Shown here piece by piece: positions 1 to 12,200 of a DNA stretch of 64,000 nt. The stretch is taken from contig CM022675.1 of assembly GCA_012295275.1 (NCBI GenBank), forward strand, positions 16,864,001-16,928,000, read 5' to 3'. The stretch is from Chrysomallon squamiferum (lineage: Eukaryota; Animalia; Mollusca). Position 1 is the stretch's first letter. The number at the start of each line of letters is the position of its first letter. A program made the translations under genes and the position numbers. Under the pieces are notes generated by a model that was not told where the DNA came from, did no database searches, and was given only the letters and a program-made list of their open reading frames with translations.

Positions 1-159
1 GTCAGATGCAGTCTTACATGAAATTTTAACACACTGCTGTTTGCATGATGTTTAATATTAATTCATTTTACAGGACTGAGATCAAACATACATATTTGTA
101 GATTTATAAACACCCAATACACTAAGTAATAATTAATTTTTTTTAAATCATTTTAATTT

Positions 160-307
160 ATTATTATTATTATTATCATCATCATTATTATTATTACTAC
201 TACTATTATTATCATCAACATCATCATCATGATGATCATCATTATTATCATCATCATCATCATCATTATTATTATTATCATCATTATTATAATAATTATT
301 ATTATTT
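160..307. repeat. (ATT/ATC)n trinucleotide microsatellite
   Basis: Directly visible; explains the poly-Ile ORF 229-411. Confidence 0.95.
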
Positions 308-1110
308 TGCAGATAACGGAAGAAAGTATTACATTAATTCTTCATATTTATTGTTTAATTATAATTAAAGCATTGGTACTGAAGTCCATAAAAGTTGATT
401 GCCTGTTCTGATATAATTACTGTTTTCATAAATGATCATAGTGTTTTGGATAAAAAAATTTTTTTTAAAAATCTATAGACAGATGAAATACATTAGCATT
501 GAAAGAATGATGAATATCATCCAGAATATTTAACCAGTTTAGCTTTCATCAAAATGCTTATAGTGTTAAAAAAATAAAATAAGTATTTTAGCACTAGTTT
601 ATGACATTTTTTTGGAAAACCTGATTTAAGAGGCCTACTTGTAATAAAATGTAGCACTGTTACAGTATTATTCACACTAGTTTGCAGCCCTTTGTTTATA
701 GGGTCAAGAAACACTAGTTTACAAGTCTCAGTGAAAATTGTAAATTTACAGATTAGCTATAATTAAACTTGATAGGTGTGCAATGACTCTTGACTTTTGA
801 TTATGAAGAAATTAACAGAGAAAACAAAACAGGTGTTGTTTAAGAATAAATAATTCGGATGTAATTACAGATGAAACAAAACCAATTTGAAGAAAATGAT
901 TACCTTTTTATTATTAAAATAACATTTTAACAGCATTTTGTTTAAAAATTAAAAAAATATATAAATAAGAGACCAAATCAGGTGCAGTATAAAATATAAC
1001 TCAGTTTTTATGAAACAAGCTAACAGTAGTTATATAGGTTCTAATAATTCAAAAGCTGAACATGTTATTCACTTTATGAAAATAATAAAAAATATTAAAT
1101 TGTTTTGTAG

Positions 1111-4100
1111 AGGATATAGAAAAAATATCAACAGAAGTTAACAAAGTTACTCAGGATATAGATAAGCAGTTACTTGAAAACATTTGTTCACCAAAAAACT
1201 TTGAAAGCCAACAGGAATTTGACTTCATCAATTACAAGCCTTCTCTTAATACATTCAGTGTTCCTGAGCCACTTCTTATAATTGTTCCTGAATTGGAAAA
1301 GCTGATGCAAAGTGAACTGTTTAATCAGATGTGGCAACAGGCAGGAAATGAAGAAACAACACAAAACATTGTGACAATATGGAAAGAGGTTAAAGAAAAA
1401 TGGAACACTCTGACTATGGATATAAGAGATGGTACAATTACTTTTAAGAATATTCTGAAGCATGTTTCCATTTTTAATGAGAATTACGATCATATCAGAC
1501 AGGAGTTCACTTTTATGAATGATGATGGTTCTAGTGAGTGGGTGGATGAAAGAATACAGCAACTGAAAATATTCTGTCTTGTGGAGAAAAGTGGTAAAGC
1601 TGCCCATGAACTACTCCAGATCAAGGAATTATTTCATTTAAATGGAGACTTTGAACCAATCAAGGAAATACAGTCTCTTGTATGTAATGATTTTGATTTA
1701 AGTTATTGTCATTTGTGTATAAATTACCAGAAATAAATATATAAATGTATGTGTGCATTAAGCATGAAATCAAAAATATTTAAAATGATAAAGCTGTATT
1801 TATATAAAATTATTTACTTAGGGAATCCCTCTCAAGATTTAATCTTTTTGATAAAAATATATAAATTTATTTCTAATTTCTCATAATCACAACCTTTAAA
1901 TTTCATTATTTGACATTTTGAATTTGGGTTCTCTAATCTATTAATACTACACTTTTTAACTACATTGAAATTGATCTAGAATTGAAAATTAAGTAATTGT
2001 ATTTAATACTAAATGTTTTTTTGTTTTTTTTAAATTCAGTGCACAAATGCAGATGTAGCAATGAAAAATATGGATGAGTCTTTTCTCAGTACCTGCAAAT
2101 TACTGGGAGAAATAAACAATGAAGAGATTGAAAGCTTGGTAGCTTTTCAAAAAAGTAAACTTCTTGTTGATTGGCTCAGAGAATCCATGAAAGGTTTGTC
2201 ACTGACTGTTTGAATATGTTCATGTTTCATTTTATTAGTAATTGAAGAATGACTTCAGTGTTTTTTAACAAATGTGAAAAGTGTAATATTATATGCATAT
2301 CAGAAGCATTAAAAGTGTAAAACAAATATTTAGTCAAAGAAAGTTGCTATTTAGAAATTACAAAATTTATGTTTTAGAAAACAATTTAAAATTTAAAATT
2401 CATTAATACTGTCTGTATTAAAAATGTTATTATGTAATACATTTTTAAAAGTATTTATGGATTTATTTTTTATATTTTAATTGGTATAATTTTGTTATAA
2501 TTAAAACATTTGTTGATTTATTTTAATTTATTTTTTATTTGTTAATTTTTACAATTTTATTAACAACTCTTATATTCAGTAAACCAGATTTTGTTATAGG
2601 TATGTACAGAAATATGAATTCCTTTATTGATCATTCCTTTTAAAACAGATGGTTTGAAAGAACTAAAAGTATTTGTGGACTTGGCATACATTTCTGCTGG
2701 AGAGGGAGACATAGAGCTTCAAAAGGTTAACTGTCTTCAGACTGCTGCTACAGGTTATGCACCTCTGATATTTGACTGTGATCATTCATGTGACTTCAGT
2801 AAGCTTTTGCACAACTGTAAATTAGTTTGGAGAGAACTAAAGACTAACCCCAAACTGTCAACAATGTTGGTATGTATTTCATATTTAAATTTATATTTTT
2901 GCTTATTTGGATTTTAATTTAATAGCAATGATAATTTATGTACAAGATTAGATACAAACTATTTTGCTTTTCCTAAATAAATTAAGATGATTAGTAAAAC
3001 AGATCTCCTAATATAATAACATATTCATTTGTGACAAGATATTACAATGAAGTCTGAGTGTGTTGTAAACACTTTAAACACATCAAATACTTGTAGACTC
3101 ATAAACTTAAAGTATTTTCAGTATTTATGTGTATATCTGTACTGTTATGTTAATTTGAAGAAACAAAAAAAATCAAAAGATTTCTTGAAAAATATGTTGT
3201 CCCAAAATACAGGTAAGACAGCACCAGATAGTGACTGTTCTTAATTGTGAAATGATTAAAGGATCTATATTCTTTATCTGAATGAGTGTTAAATTACATT
3301 TGTTCATGATAGTATTGTTGAAACATGAAAATATATTTTCTGTTAGTGCTAGATATGTTGGAACAGATTACTAGATAGATAATAATAGTATTTGGAAAAA
3401 CTAAATCTGTTTTAAATTGTGAGAAAACTTATTTCAATTAGACAAAATTGTCAATGCTGATTCTCTGATTTTAATGGAGCACATTCAACATTCAATTCAG
3501 TTAATTTTATGCATACTGTATTATTAAATTCCTTTTCTTGAATTAATTAAGTTCTCCTGTATCATCATTATAATCATCAGTGTGCTATTCAAGTGTCCCA
3601 TTGTTGGGTGAAAGCCTCAGCATGTGGTTTACACTAAACCTGACAGGTGGATCTTTTCCTGTATTCATCTAGTTTATCCCTTTTCCTCTAGATTGTTTTC
3701 ATTCATATGGTTTCCAAGTAATGATGTGCAATGTCTATCATTTATCTGATGTGACCTTTGTTTTTACTTCTGTCATTATTATGATAAAGAAAAAGCAAGC
3801 TTTGATATTTTATTAGTAGAAGTATTACTTTGGGATTTGTATTGCAGATATTCTACAGCTAATTCATGTGTGCAAACTGATTTAGCTGACCTTTTTGCCA
3901 TATATGCATGTTGAAGAGAAAAACATCAGCCACTGGTTATTCAAATCTTTATTATTAATAAAAAATAGTATAAGTTTAAATTGGTCTCATGTCTATCCAA
4001 AAAAAAAGATAAAAATTCTAACAGTATAAATAAAGATACATAAAAAACCTAATTATTTTTTGTAAAACAAAATGGTGGACAGATCCAAAAATTATTTTGA

Positions 4101-4396
4101 ATTTTTTTCTGTCAGAGGGAGAGAGAATGCATCTGTATTGTTTATGATTATAGCTTTAGTTTGGTATAATAAGAATGGATTATGAAACAGCTGACATTTA
4201 AGTTTCAATCCAAATAGCTTAGATCATTCATCTTGTGCAGCAAAGTGACAAGTGTGAACCAAGAATACTAAGTAATTCAAATGAGTAACATTAAAGATTA
4301 ATAATGTAAAGGTAAACTGTAATAATATGTCATTGGATCTGATGAATATATCACATATCTTTATTTGTAATTCAAATAAATCTCTCTCTCACTCTC

Positions 4397-4428
<32 letters not shown>

Positions 4429-5339
4429 GATATACACACACAAACAAACACACACACACACACACACACAAACACATATACATATATATTTTCTTTTCTT
4501 TAGCAAGACACAGAGCAGCATTTGGATTGGTTAAAAGAAGTGAGCCAGATTCATGTGTCAGTGTCTTCATTATCACAAGTTAAAATAATCAACTCCAGAG
4601 GTGTATATCGCATTGGAAACTTTACCACAGAAAAAGATTTACCACTTCTGGTATATGTTTATATTGTTATTTATTTATGTTGTTTATATATATATATATA
4701 GGTTGAGGACTCCAAAATCTAGAAAACTCAAATTTTTTGCAAGAAGTCAAAATGGGCATATTTTACAGCTTTCAGATAGTTTAGCATATATAAACTTTAT
4801 TTCATGCATAAAATTATTACAAATATTATTTTAGAAATCGTACAGATCATCTGTATAAATTGTGTATGAAATATAAATGGAATTTGTGGTTTGATTTTAA
4901 AGCCTTTTCTTGGGTTAGCTCCTTACATTAAAAAATCTGAACAACTCTGAAATCCACTTTTAGTCCCGAACATTTCAGATGAGGAATTCTCAACCTGAAT
5001 TAAAAATGACAGAATTAATTGGATCACATGCATTTATTGTGATAATTGATATTTTTATTAAACAAATAATAACTTTTATAAATCCTTGTTTTTATAAATC
5101 CTAATAGCAACTAAAATAATTTTGGTGGCAGTAATTTGAACAAAATAGAGATGTAAGTTTGAAAATGTAAATAGTGTGGGCAGTACAGATGTAGATTATC
5201 TGCCCAGTTTTTTCAGATCAGCACACCTGTGTACAAAGTATTTGAATGAGACGGGAAGAGGGAAAAATATTTGTGCAGAAATTGAGTATGACAAAAATTA
5301 TAATTTAGCAAATATTCATGTTACACATAATTGTTCTGA

Positions 5340-5370
<31 letters not shown>

Positions 5371-8300
5371 AAATGTATTTTATTAATCATATTTGAGTTA
5401 TCATTGATGGGAATGTCTGTATGACATTATACATTTGAATAAGAGACCAAGTGGCACTAAATTATCATCTATGCTTTCTTTTTGTTGTCAATTAACTAGG
5501 AAACTTGCGTCAAGTGTTTTTTACAGTATAGAACCAATTACATGTGCTATGCTGCCCAATATATTTTACATTCTTTAGTGATATAAAGAAATAGTTTAAT
5601 ATATTCTGCATGCTTCCTAGTTATGTTTAGTTGGGGGGGGGTTATGGGGTGCTTGTTGTTGTTTTAACTGTAGGGGTTTGCTGTTCAGACTTGATTCATA
5701 ATGAAGTATAGTTTAGAAATATCTGGGCACAGACATTGTTGCATACACTGTAGACGAGTTAGGTCTAAAGGAACACTTTCAGTATGAAAGTATTAAATTT
5801 TATTTACAATAGTTTTCAAATGATATCCAGAACATGGTTATTTGTACTATATAACTTATATTTGTTCCTGCAACATAAAGATAGCACATAATCACTGATG
5901 TTTAAAATAGATTACCATACATAACAAGCTTTGTTGTCATGTAAAAGCAGAAATACTAATAACATTTTATTTTTGAATAATTGAAATTGCTTTCAGGACT
6001 TGAATCATGTGATAAATGCTGCTGTGGCACCAGATGATACCAAAAGAGAAGCCACTGATTCTAGGAAGTACTCGCATGATGAGCTCATTGATCTTCAGAG
6101 CCGGCTTATGTTGGTGGCAGGAAGATCTGAAATGGGAAAAAAAAATGTTGAGAGGTTTATGATGGTGAGAATATGAGAAAAAAATTAAATTATAAAGTTG
6201 TACTACAATGCTTTAAATTTATTTTGTCAGTTGCTAAAAAGTTAATAATTTTGGCTGATAAAATTAAAAGCATATTATTAAATATAGCTCTTTTTCATTT
6301 GATTTGTTTACATATTTTTATTAATTTCCTCACTGGAATCAAAATATTCTGTTTAGTGAAAATAAACCTTATGTTGTTATTTATGCTATTAATATTCACT
6401 TATCCTACAGATGTTAGGCACAGACATAAGCTAAATATTTTAAGTTCTCTGCCTTTGTTTTGGGATATATTTCAGATTCTTGATAGTCTAGTCCGACTAG
6501 CCAAGACATACATCAAGCTGGTTTCTGATGGTTGTGTTCTTTTCAACTGCTGGAAAGCATCTTTTTTTTGTGATGATTCCCGTGAAGCCTGTGTCATTTT
6601 AGATTTTGGGGTAGATGCCCAATCAGTAAAAGGAAATCACAAAAATGTTCCACTGGAAGACTTTGTAAATGTTTTGGCAAACATATTTGATGATTGCCAT
6701 GTGGATTGGTTGCAGTATTTAAGTGAGAAACATAATGAGTATTTAGAGCTGAATTTCTTCACTATTAATCAGCTAGTGTTTCTTCAGAAAGAGTTGATCA
6801 AACTAGAAAGAAATGAAAAACCATCAAACTTAATATATCCACTTCTCTCACTGATAAAACCTGATTGTTCCATGGCTGATATACAAGAAGCCATGCTAAA
6901 AGCAAAAGAGGAAATATTCCATATAGAACCAAGAAAAGATTCAGATCATAAAAATACTGACAATACAGAGGAAAATAAAACACAAGAGCAAACGTTTATA
7001 GAAGAACTAATGGAGGCAGGATATTCTGAGTTGTTGGCAAATGCTGCATATAAGCACTTAGGAAATGTTGATGTTGATGACGGTTAGTTAACATTGCTAA
7101 TAATTAACACATTTCATCAGCTGTGTTCAAGATAAGTGTAGGTGTATCAATTACATATATTTTGTTTCAAATGTCTGGAACCAAAAGTATTTTTCCTTAT
7201 ATAAAAAATAAAATTATTTTTTTGTAAATTAAATGTTTATAATGGCAAGGCCTATTTGAATTTTTTTTATGCCAGTTAGTTCTACCTTATTTGTATTTAT
7301 GCCATTTACATTTTTGCTGTTATATATATTTGTTTTTATAATTTTCAATAGATACTGCACTAATGCCACAGCTAGTCAAAAAATTAAATAGTAATTAACA
7401 TACCATTCATTTTGGGCTACAGCAGAAGAAAAAACCCCACTGAAGACAACAAATGTGGGAGTGGTTGAAATGTTTAACTTGCTGCAAACATTTCAATCAG
7501 AAACAGACAATTTTTTTTTTAAATGTTACTAGTAAATATAAAAAATAATTTCAATCCCAAAGGTTGCAGTGCCAGATGAACAAAAAAACAAAAATAATAT
7601 CAGATTATTTTGTGCAAAGATGTTGATAAATAGAAAATAGAAAAAACACATTTCTGAAATGACTTACGATGTTGTAAAATAGTCTTTAAATGTATTATTG
7701 TTAACTATTTAGATAAGAGTTGAGTGATGGTAAAATTATCAAAATGGACATAATTACAAAAACACAAAAATATATATATATATTAATGAAAAAAGTTTAG
7801 CATAAAACAACTGTATTTCAGAAATTTATACATCTGTGCAACTATGTGATAAACAACATACATAGAGAAACAATAGTGAGGACTCTCCAAATGTCATTTA
7901 ATAACAAACCCTGGAACAGTGCATATATATATTTTCATAAAAGACAAATGCCCTAGATAGAATATTGTTAACCAGAATAGTTAATCCAAAGAAATAGTGT
8001 TTTAAAATAAAAATTAATTTCAATTTTAGCAATTATCTGGTGTTTAGAACATGAAGGAGATGTTGAATTCCAGACACCTTCCCCAGAAACGTACTTATTT
8101 GCTTCTAGTGATTCTACATTAATACAGAAACTTCCAGATAATTTAAGGTATTATTACAACAAAGTAATTAGGAATATCAGTTCAGGTTCTGTTCTTAATA
8201 AACTGTTTCTTTTGGATAGATAAATAATAGATGTAGTTTTATGGGCTCTATATATGAAAAACAATTATTAATAATTTCAGTTTAAATCAGGATTATATTA

Positions 8301-9222
8301 TTTATATAGGAAAGAACAGCAATTAGACATTTGGTCAAAGAAAAAATTTCACTTCAAAAATAATTTCCTTTCAGTCCAAATTTTAATAAATTTATTGATT
8401 CCATTTATTTAATATAGCAATTTATTTGTTTATAATAATGCATTAAGTCTTGATAATTTGGTATTATTCCAATGACTGTATACTGACTAGTATATTAAAG
8501 AGTATGCAAATAAATACTTAAAAAGAAATAATGAAATATAAATATTAGTATTGGTAAATTTCACTGTTTTTCATGTGAAATGTATTTGTTATGATATTAC
8601 AGGGTCTGATATTTCCTATTACATGATTGCTGTTGTGTAAATATGGATGTGAGATTATGCTTTGTTTTCTTCTCTTTCTCTCTTTTTTCTCTTAATTTTT
8701 TCTTTTTTATTAAACATGCAATCATCATCATAATGAACGAGGCTTTTAGTTGTCATAAAACTGATTCACAGAAAACTAACTATTTGGACAGTGGTTGAAG
8801 TCACTACAGTCAGCTGTGACTATGTTTTATGGAGCAATCCCAGAATTGTTAATTACAGAAATTAAATGTAGGATTCCAGGGATTTTTCTCAATATATGAA
8901 TAATACAATTTATTTATTAACTTTTAAATTAAAGATTCAGTATAGATAAGGGTCTTGCAAAAAGTAAATAGAAATAATTTCTTCCAAATTAATAGTTACA
9001 CTTTTGGAAGGATTGATAAAGAGTTTTGAAAGGTTTCTAGATAATCTGAAGATTTATTTATTTATTTATTGTTTTGTTTCAGAAAAGATACATCAATACA
9101 AGCTTTCAAGGAAAATATTATCAACGTCTGGAAAACTTTTCTTGAATCTGTTTCCTCCAGTGTAGCTGATTATTTGAGTATTGAACATCTGGCTGTTATT
9201 CTAAAGAAATTGGCCATGTCAT
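1111..9222 (+). CDS. RNF213: RNF213 stalk region (first 8 exons in the window), including a UBA-like insertion
   Basis: LKELKVFVDLAYISAGEGD...GYAPLIF, HLDWLKEVSQIH...INSRGVY, YSHDELIDLQSRLMLVAG, LNFFTINQLVFLQKEL and DYLSIEHLAVILKKLA match recalled RNF213 stalk motifs. The first exon opens in phase 1, so more exons lie upstream. Confidence 0.9.
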
Positions 9223-12200
9223 GTTAGTGGGTTTATTTTTTAAGAAAAGTACAAAAAGCCAAAATATTAACTGTATAAACAATTTGTAATTACTTATGAA
9301 ATAAATAATAAAGACATGCATGAATACTGCACTCCTGTTTCAAAAATATATGATTCTGGACAATTATTTAACTTATCTGTTATAGAAATTAGTTTTACGC
9401 ATTGACATTTTTACAAAAATGCTAATTCTTTTAATGCTAACACACAGGAATTCTGATAAACAATCTTTCATTAGTTCATATAAATAATTTTAAATTACTC
9501 TTTATACCTTGCTGTGCACATAATTAATTAGTCCAAAATATTTTATTTGGTATTTGTGTCACCATCAGATATTTAACTGACAGATTGGCCAGTGCTACTG
9601 AACAATATTTAATTGTTTGGTACAAATGTGTCCTGCCATAGTGATTAACCAAGATTTCTCTGTGAAGAGAGTTTTGGATTGATGTTACTTATGAAGTTGT
9701 ATAGATAGTAAGCATTCCTGTTATTATACCAGATCTCAACCATCTTCAAAATCTGGCAGTATATCACTTTTAATTTCATTATCAGTTACTTTGAAACAAA
9801 CAGATAAAAAATTCCAGATATTTAAATGTTAAAATTTATGTATGTAACTGAAATAGATAAATATTTTTTGTTATTTATTTATTTTTGTTTTGATATTTGT
9901 TTATTTATTTATTTATTTTTGTTTTGTTTTGTTTTGTTTTAAAGGTGAACAGAATCTTAAGAGGAAACTTCCTGTTCAGCTGAAGTCCAGTAGTCCCAAT
10001 CTGATTGTTGTTCATAGGAGTATGCATTCAGCTTACTTTCTTGTTTTTGGAAGAACAATTTATCTAGAATAGATATTTGCTCTTTTATTTTTTTTTAAAT
10101 TCTGTTCAGGATTATATTGTGTCATCATGGCAATGTTAAACCATAGTTTATAAGTGTAATGGTCACATATTTTCATAAATATTATTATTTTATTTGCTCT
10201 TCAGATCTGAAAGAATTTAGTTCTGTCCAATTAATGAGAGAATTTTGTTCAGAAGTAAAAAGAATGTTCTTTCATAAAATGATAAAAAAATTTCCATGAT
10301 CACAATTTTCATATTATGATGTTTTTTGTTTCAATCTCAACAACTGAATATTGAAGGTATGTTTAAATTTTGTGGCATGAAGAAAGAAAAGAATGACAAA
10401 GCATTTGATTGGATTTATTTATGGTATTATATTCAGTATTAATGTCATGTAGCTGGCTGAAATCTCCCAATGAGATTATCCTAAATTTAATTCACAAAAT
10501 GAGTTAGTAATGGGCTTGTAATATGAAAGCTGTTATTCTTATTGTGATACTATTTTCCAAACACTGGTTTTAAAGATTGAATTAATTTAATTCTTTTTAA
10601 GAATTGTCTCTTTTTTCCCCTCAAAATGCTTTGAGATGAAAAAAAATCATTATTAAATTAACTAATTAAAATACAATTCATTAAAAAAACAACTTACTTA
10701 AGACAAATAGTTGATTTTATTTAAATGACTGTTAATATCATTCCTATAAAAAATACACTAATTTGAAGAATTTAGTTTATAATTAGTGTTTTGATGGGAC
10801 AGCATGGCACTTAATTTCCAAAATCTGGGTGCTAATTATGAGCAATGACTAATGGGCTTGGATTGATGGGTACAACATAGAATTTATATAGTTATTCATT
10901 CAGTATCATTTATCTAATTTATAATGTTAAAGTATGTATATTGTGCTTTGGAATTCATCATTTACAGCAAAAAGATTGACTAATATATTGATAATCATGT
11001 TTATAAACTATTTGGAATAATGTTTAAGGAGTAAATACTGAAAAAGCAGGTTGAATGTAGGTCTTCTCTGCTTCAAAAATAAAAATAATAATAAAGTGAT
11101 TTTTCACAGGTGATATGTTGAACACTGTACTCAGCATTTACATGGATGATGTAAATCCATCACTGCCTCACTCTGATGAAGTTTTGATATGCACACCAAA
11201 AAGCACATTTGATGAAGTAAGATTTTTATTTGATTTAGGATTTGTATCACAAAGCTAAGTACATTCTTGGTTAAATATTTCCTGTTTATATCGCTTTTAC
11301 TGTGCCAAACAGAATGGCTATGTACATTCCAACAGTGTTCATTATTTCATGGGTAATGAGTTTAAAAAAAAATAGATATGTTGTACAAATGCAACTAACT
11401 ATTCAATCAGTGTAAACACAGGGTTATTGCATAATTGAAGACTTCCATGCAAGAATCTGGTAACTGGATTATGACAAACACTGAAAATATGACAATATTT
11501 ATAACAACTGATCTTTATAAAAATTACTTTTATTTATGATCAGCAAACATATATTAATGAATATTTGTAAATATTTACCTGTGTGTAGAGATTATTTCAG
11601 CAAAAATGTAATTAAATGGGGATAGTAACAACAGGTTAATAGACGATCTCCTTGCTTTAAATCAATGAGATGATAGCTATTAGAAGAAATATACATGGTT
11701 TCTCAGCTTGAATCATAATAAATAATAATTACATAAAGTATATTATAATAATGTTAACAAATATTTATTTCTGTACAAATAAATATTTGTATGCACTTTT
11801 AATACAACTATTTGTTGTATTATTTTTGTATAGATTATATATATTATCATTATGCCAAGAATCTGAGTTCTAAAAAGAACAAAAAAATATACTGCACAAT
11901 CAAACCTGAATGACACAATTAACAGTTCCATTTTTTGTCTCTTATTTATGTCACAGAATCAGAATCTATTGAATAGAAAATAAAGTAATTTTAATCATTT
12001 TTGTTACAGGTTGATATTTTCTTAAGAAGAGCATTCTTCCTCTCTTTGGGGAAAATTCATTGTTTGGCATGTGCTGATCTGCTGAAGTATGAAATTGATG
12101 AAAAAATAGAAAAGAAATTAAATGAATACACTGCTAAAGCAAATGGTATATATTTATTAGAACTAGTTGGTAATTGTTTAATTGTAACATAATTTTCAGG

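Noticed and set aside
313-325. Possible 13-nt micro-exon (TTTTGCAG|ATAACGGAAGAAA|GTATTA) whose phase could fit exon 1111
   Set aside because: Weak donor, no homology support, and the upstream exon is not visible to test phase.
229-411. Poly-Ile ORF, and similar low-complexity ORFs at 4361-4576, 19140-19565, 19945-20301, 31556-31780 and 52850-53035
   Set aside because: Translations of microsatellites or AT-rich intron sequence; not genes.
1188-1607. 139-aa minus-strand ORF, and other antisense ORFs over exons (6798, 14678, 18096, 27800, 36809)
   Set aside because: Shadow ORFs of RNF213 exons with no independent protein features.
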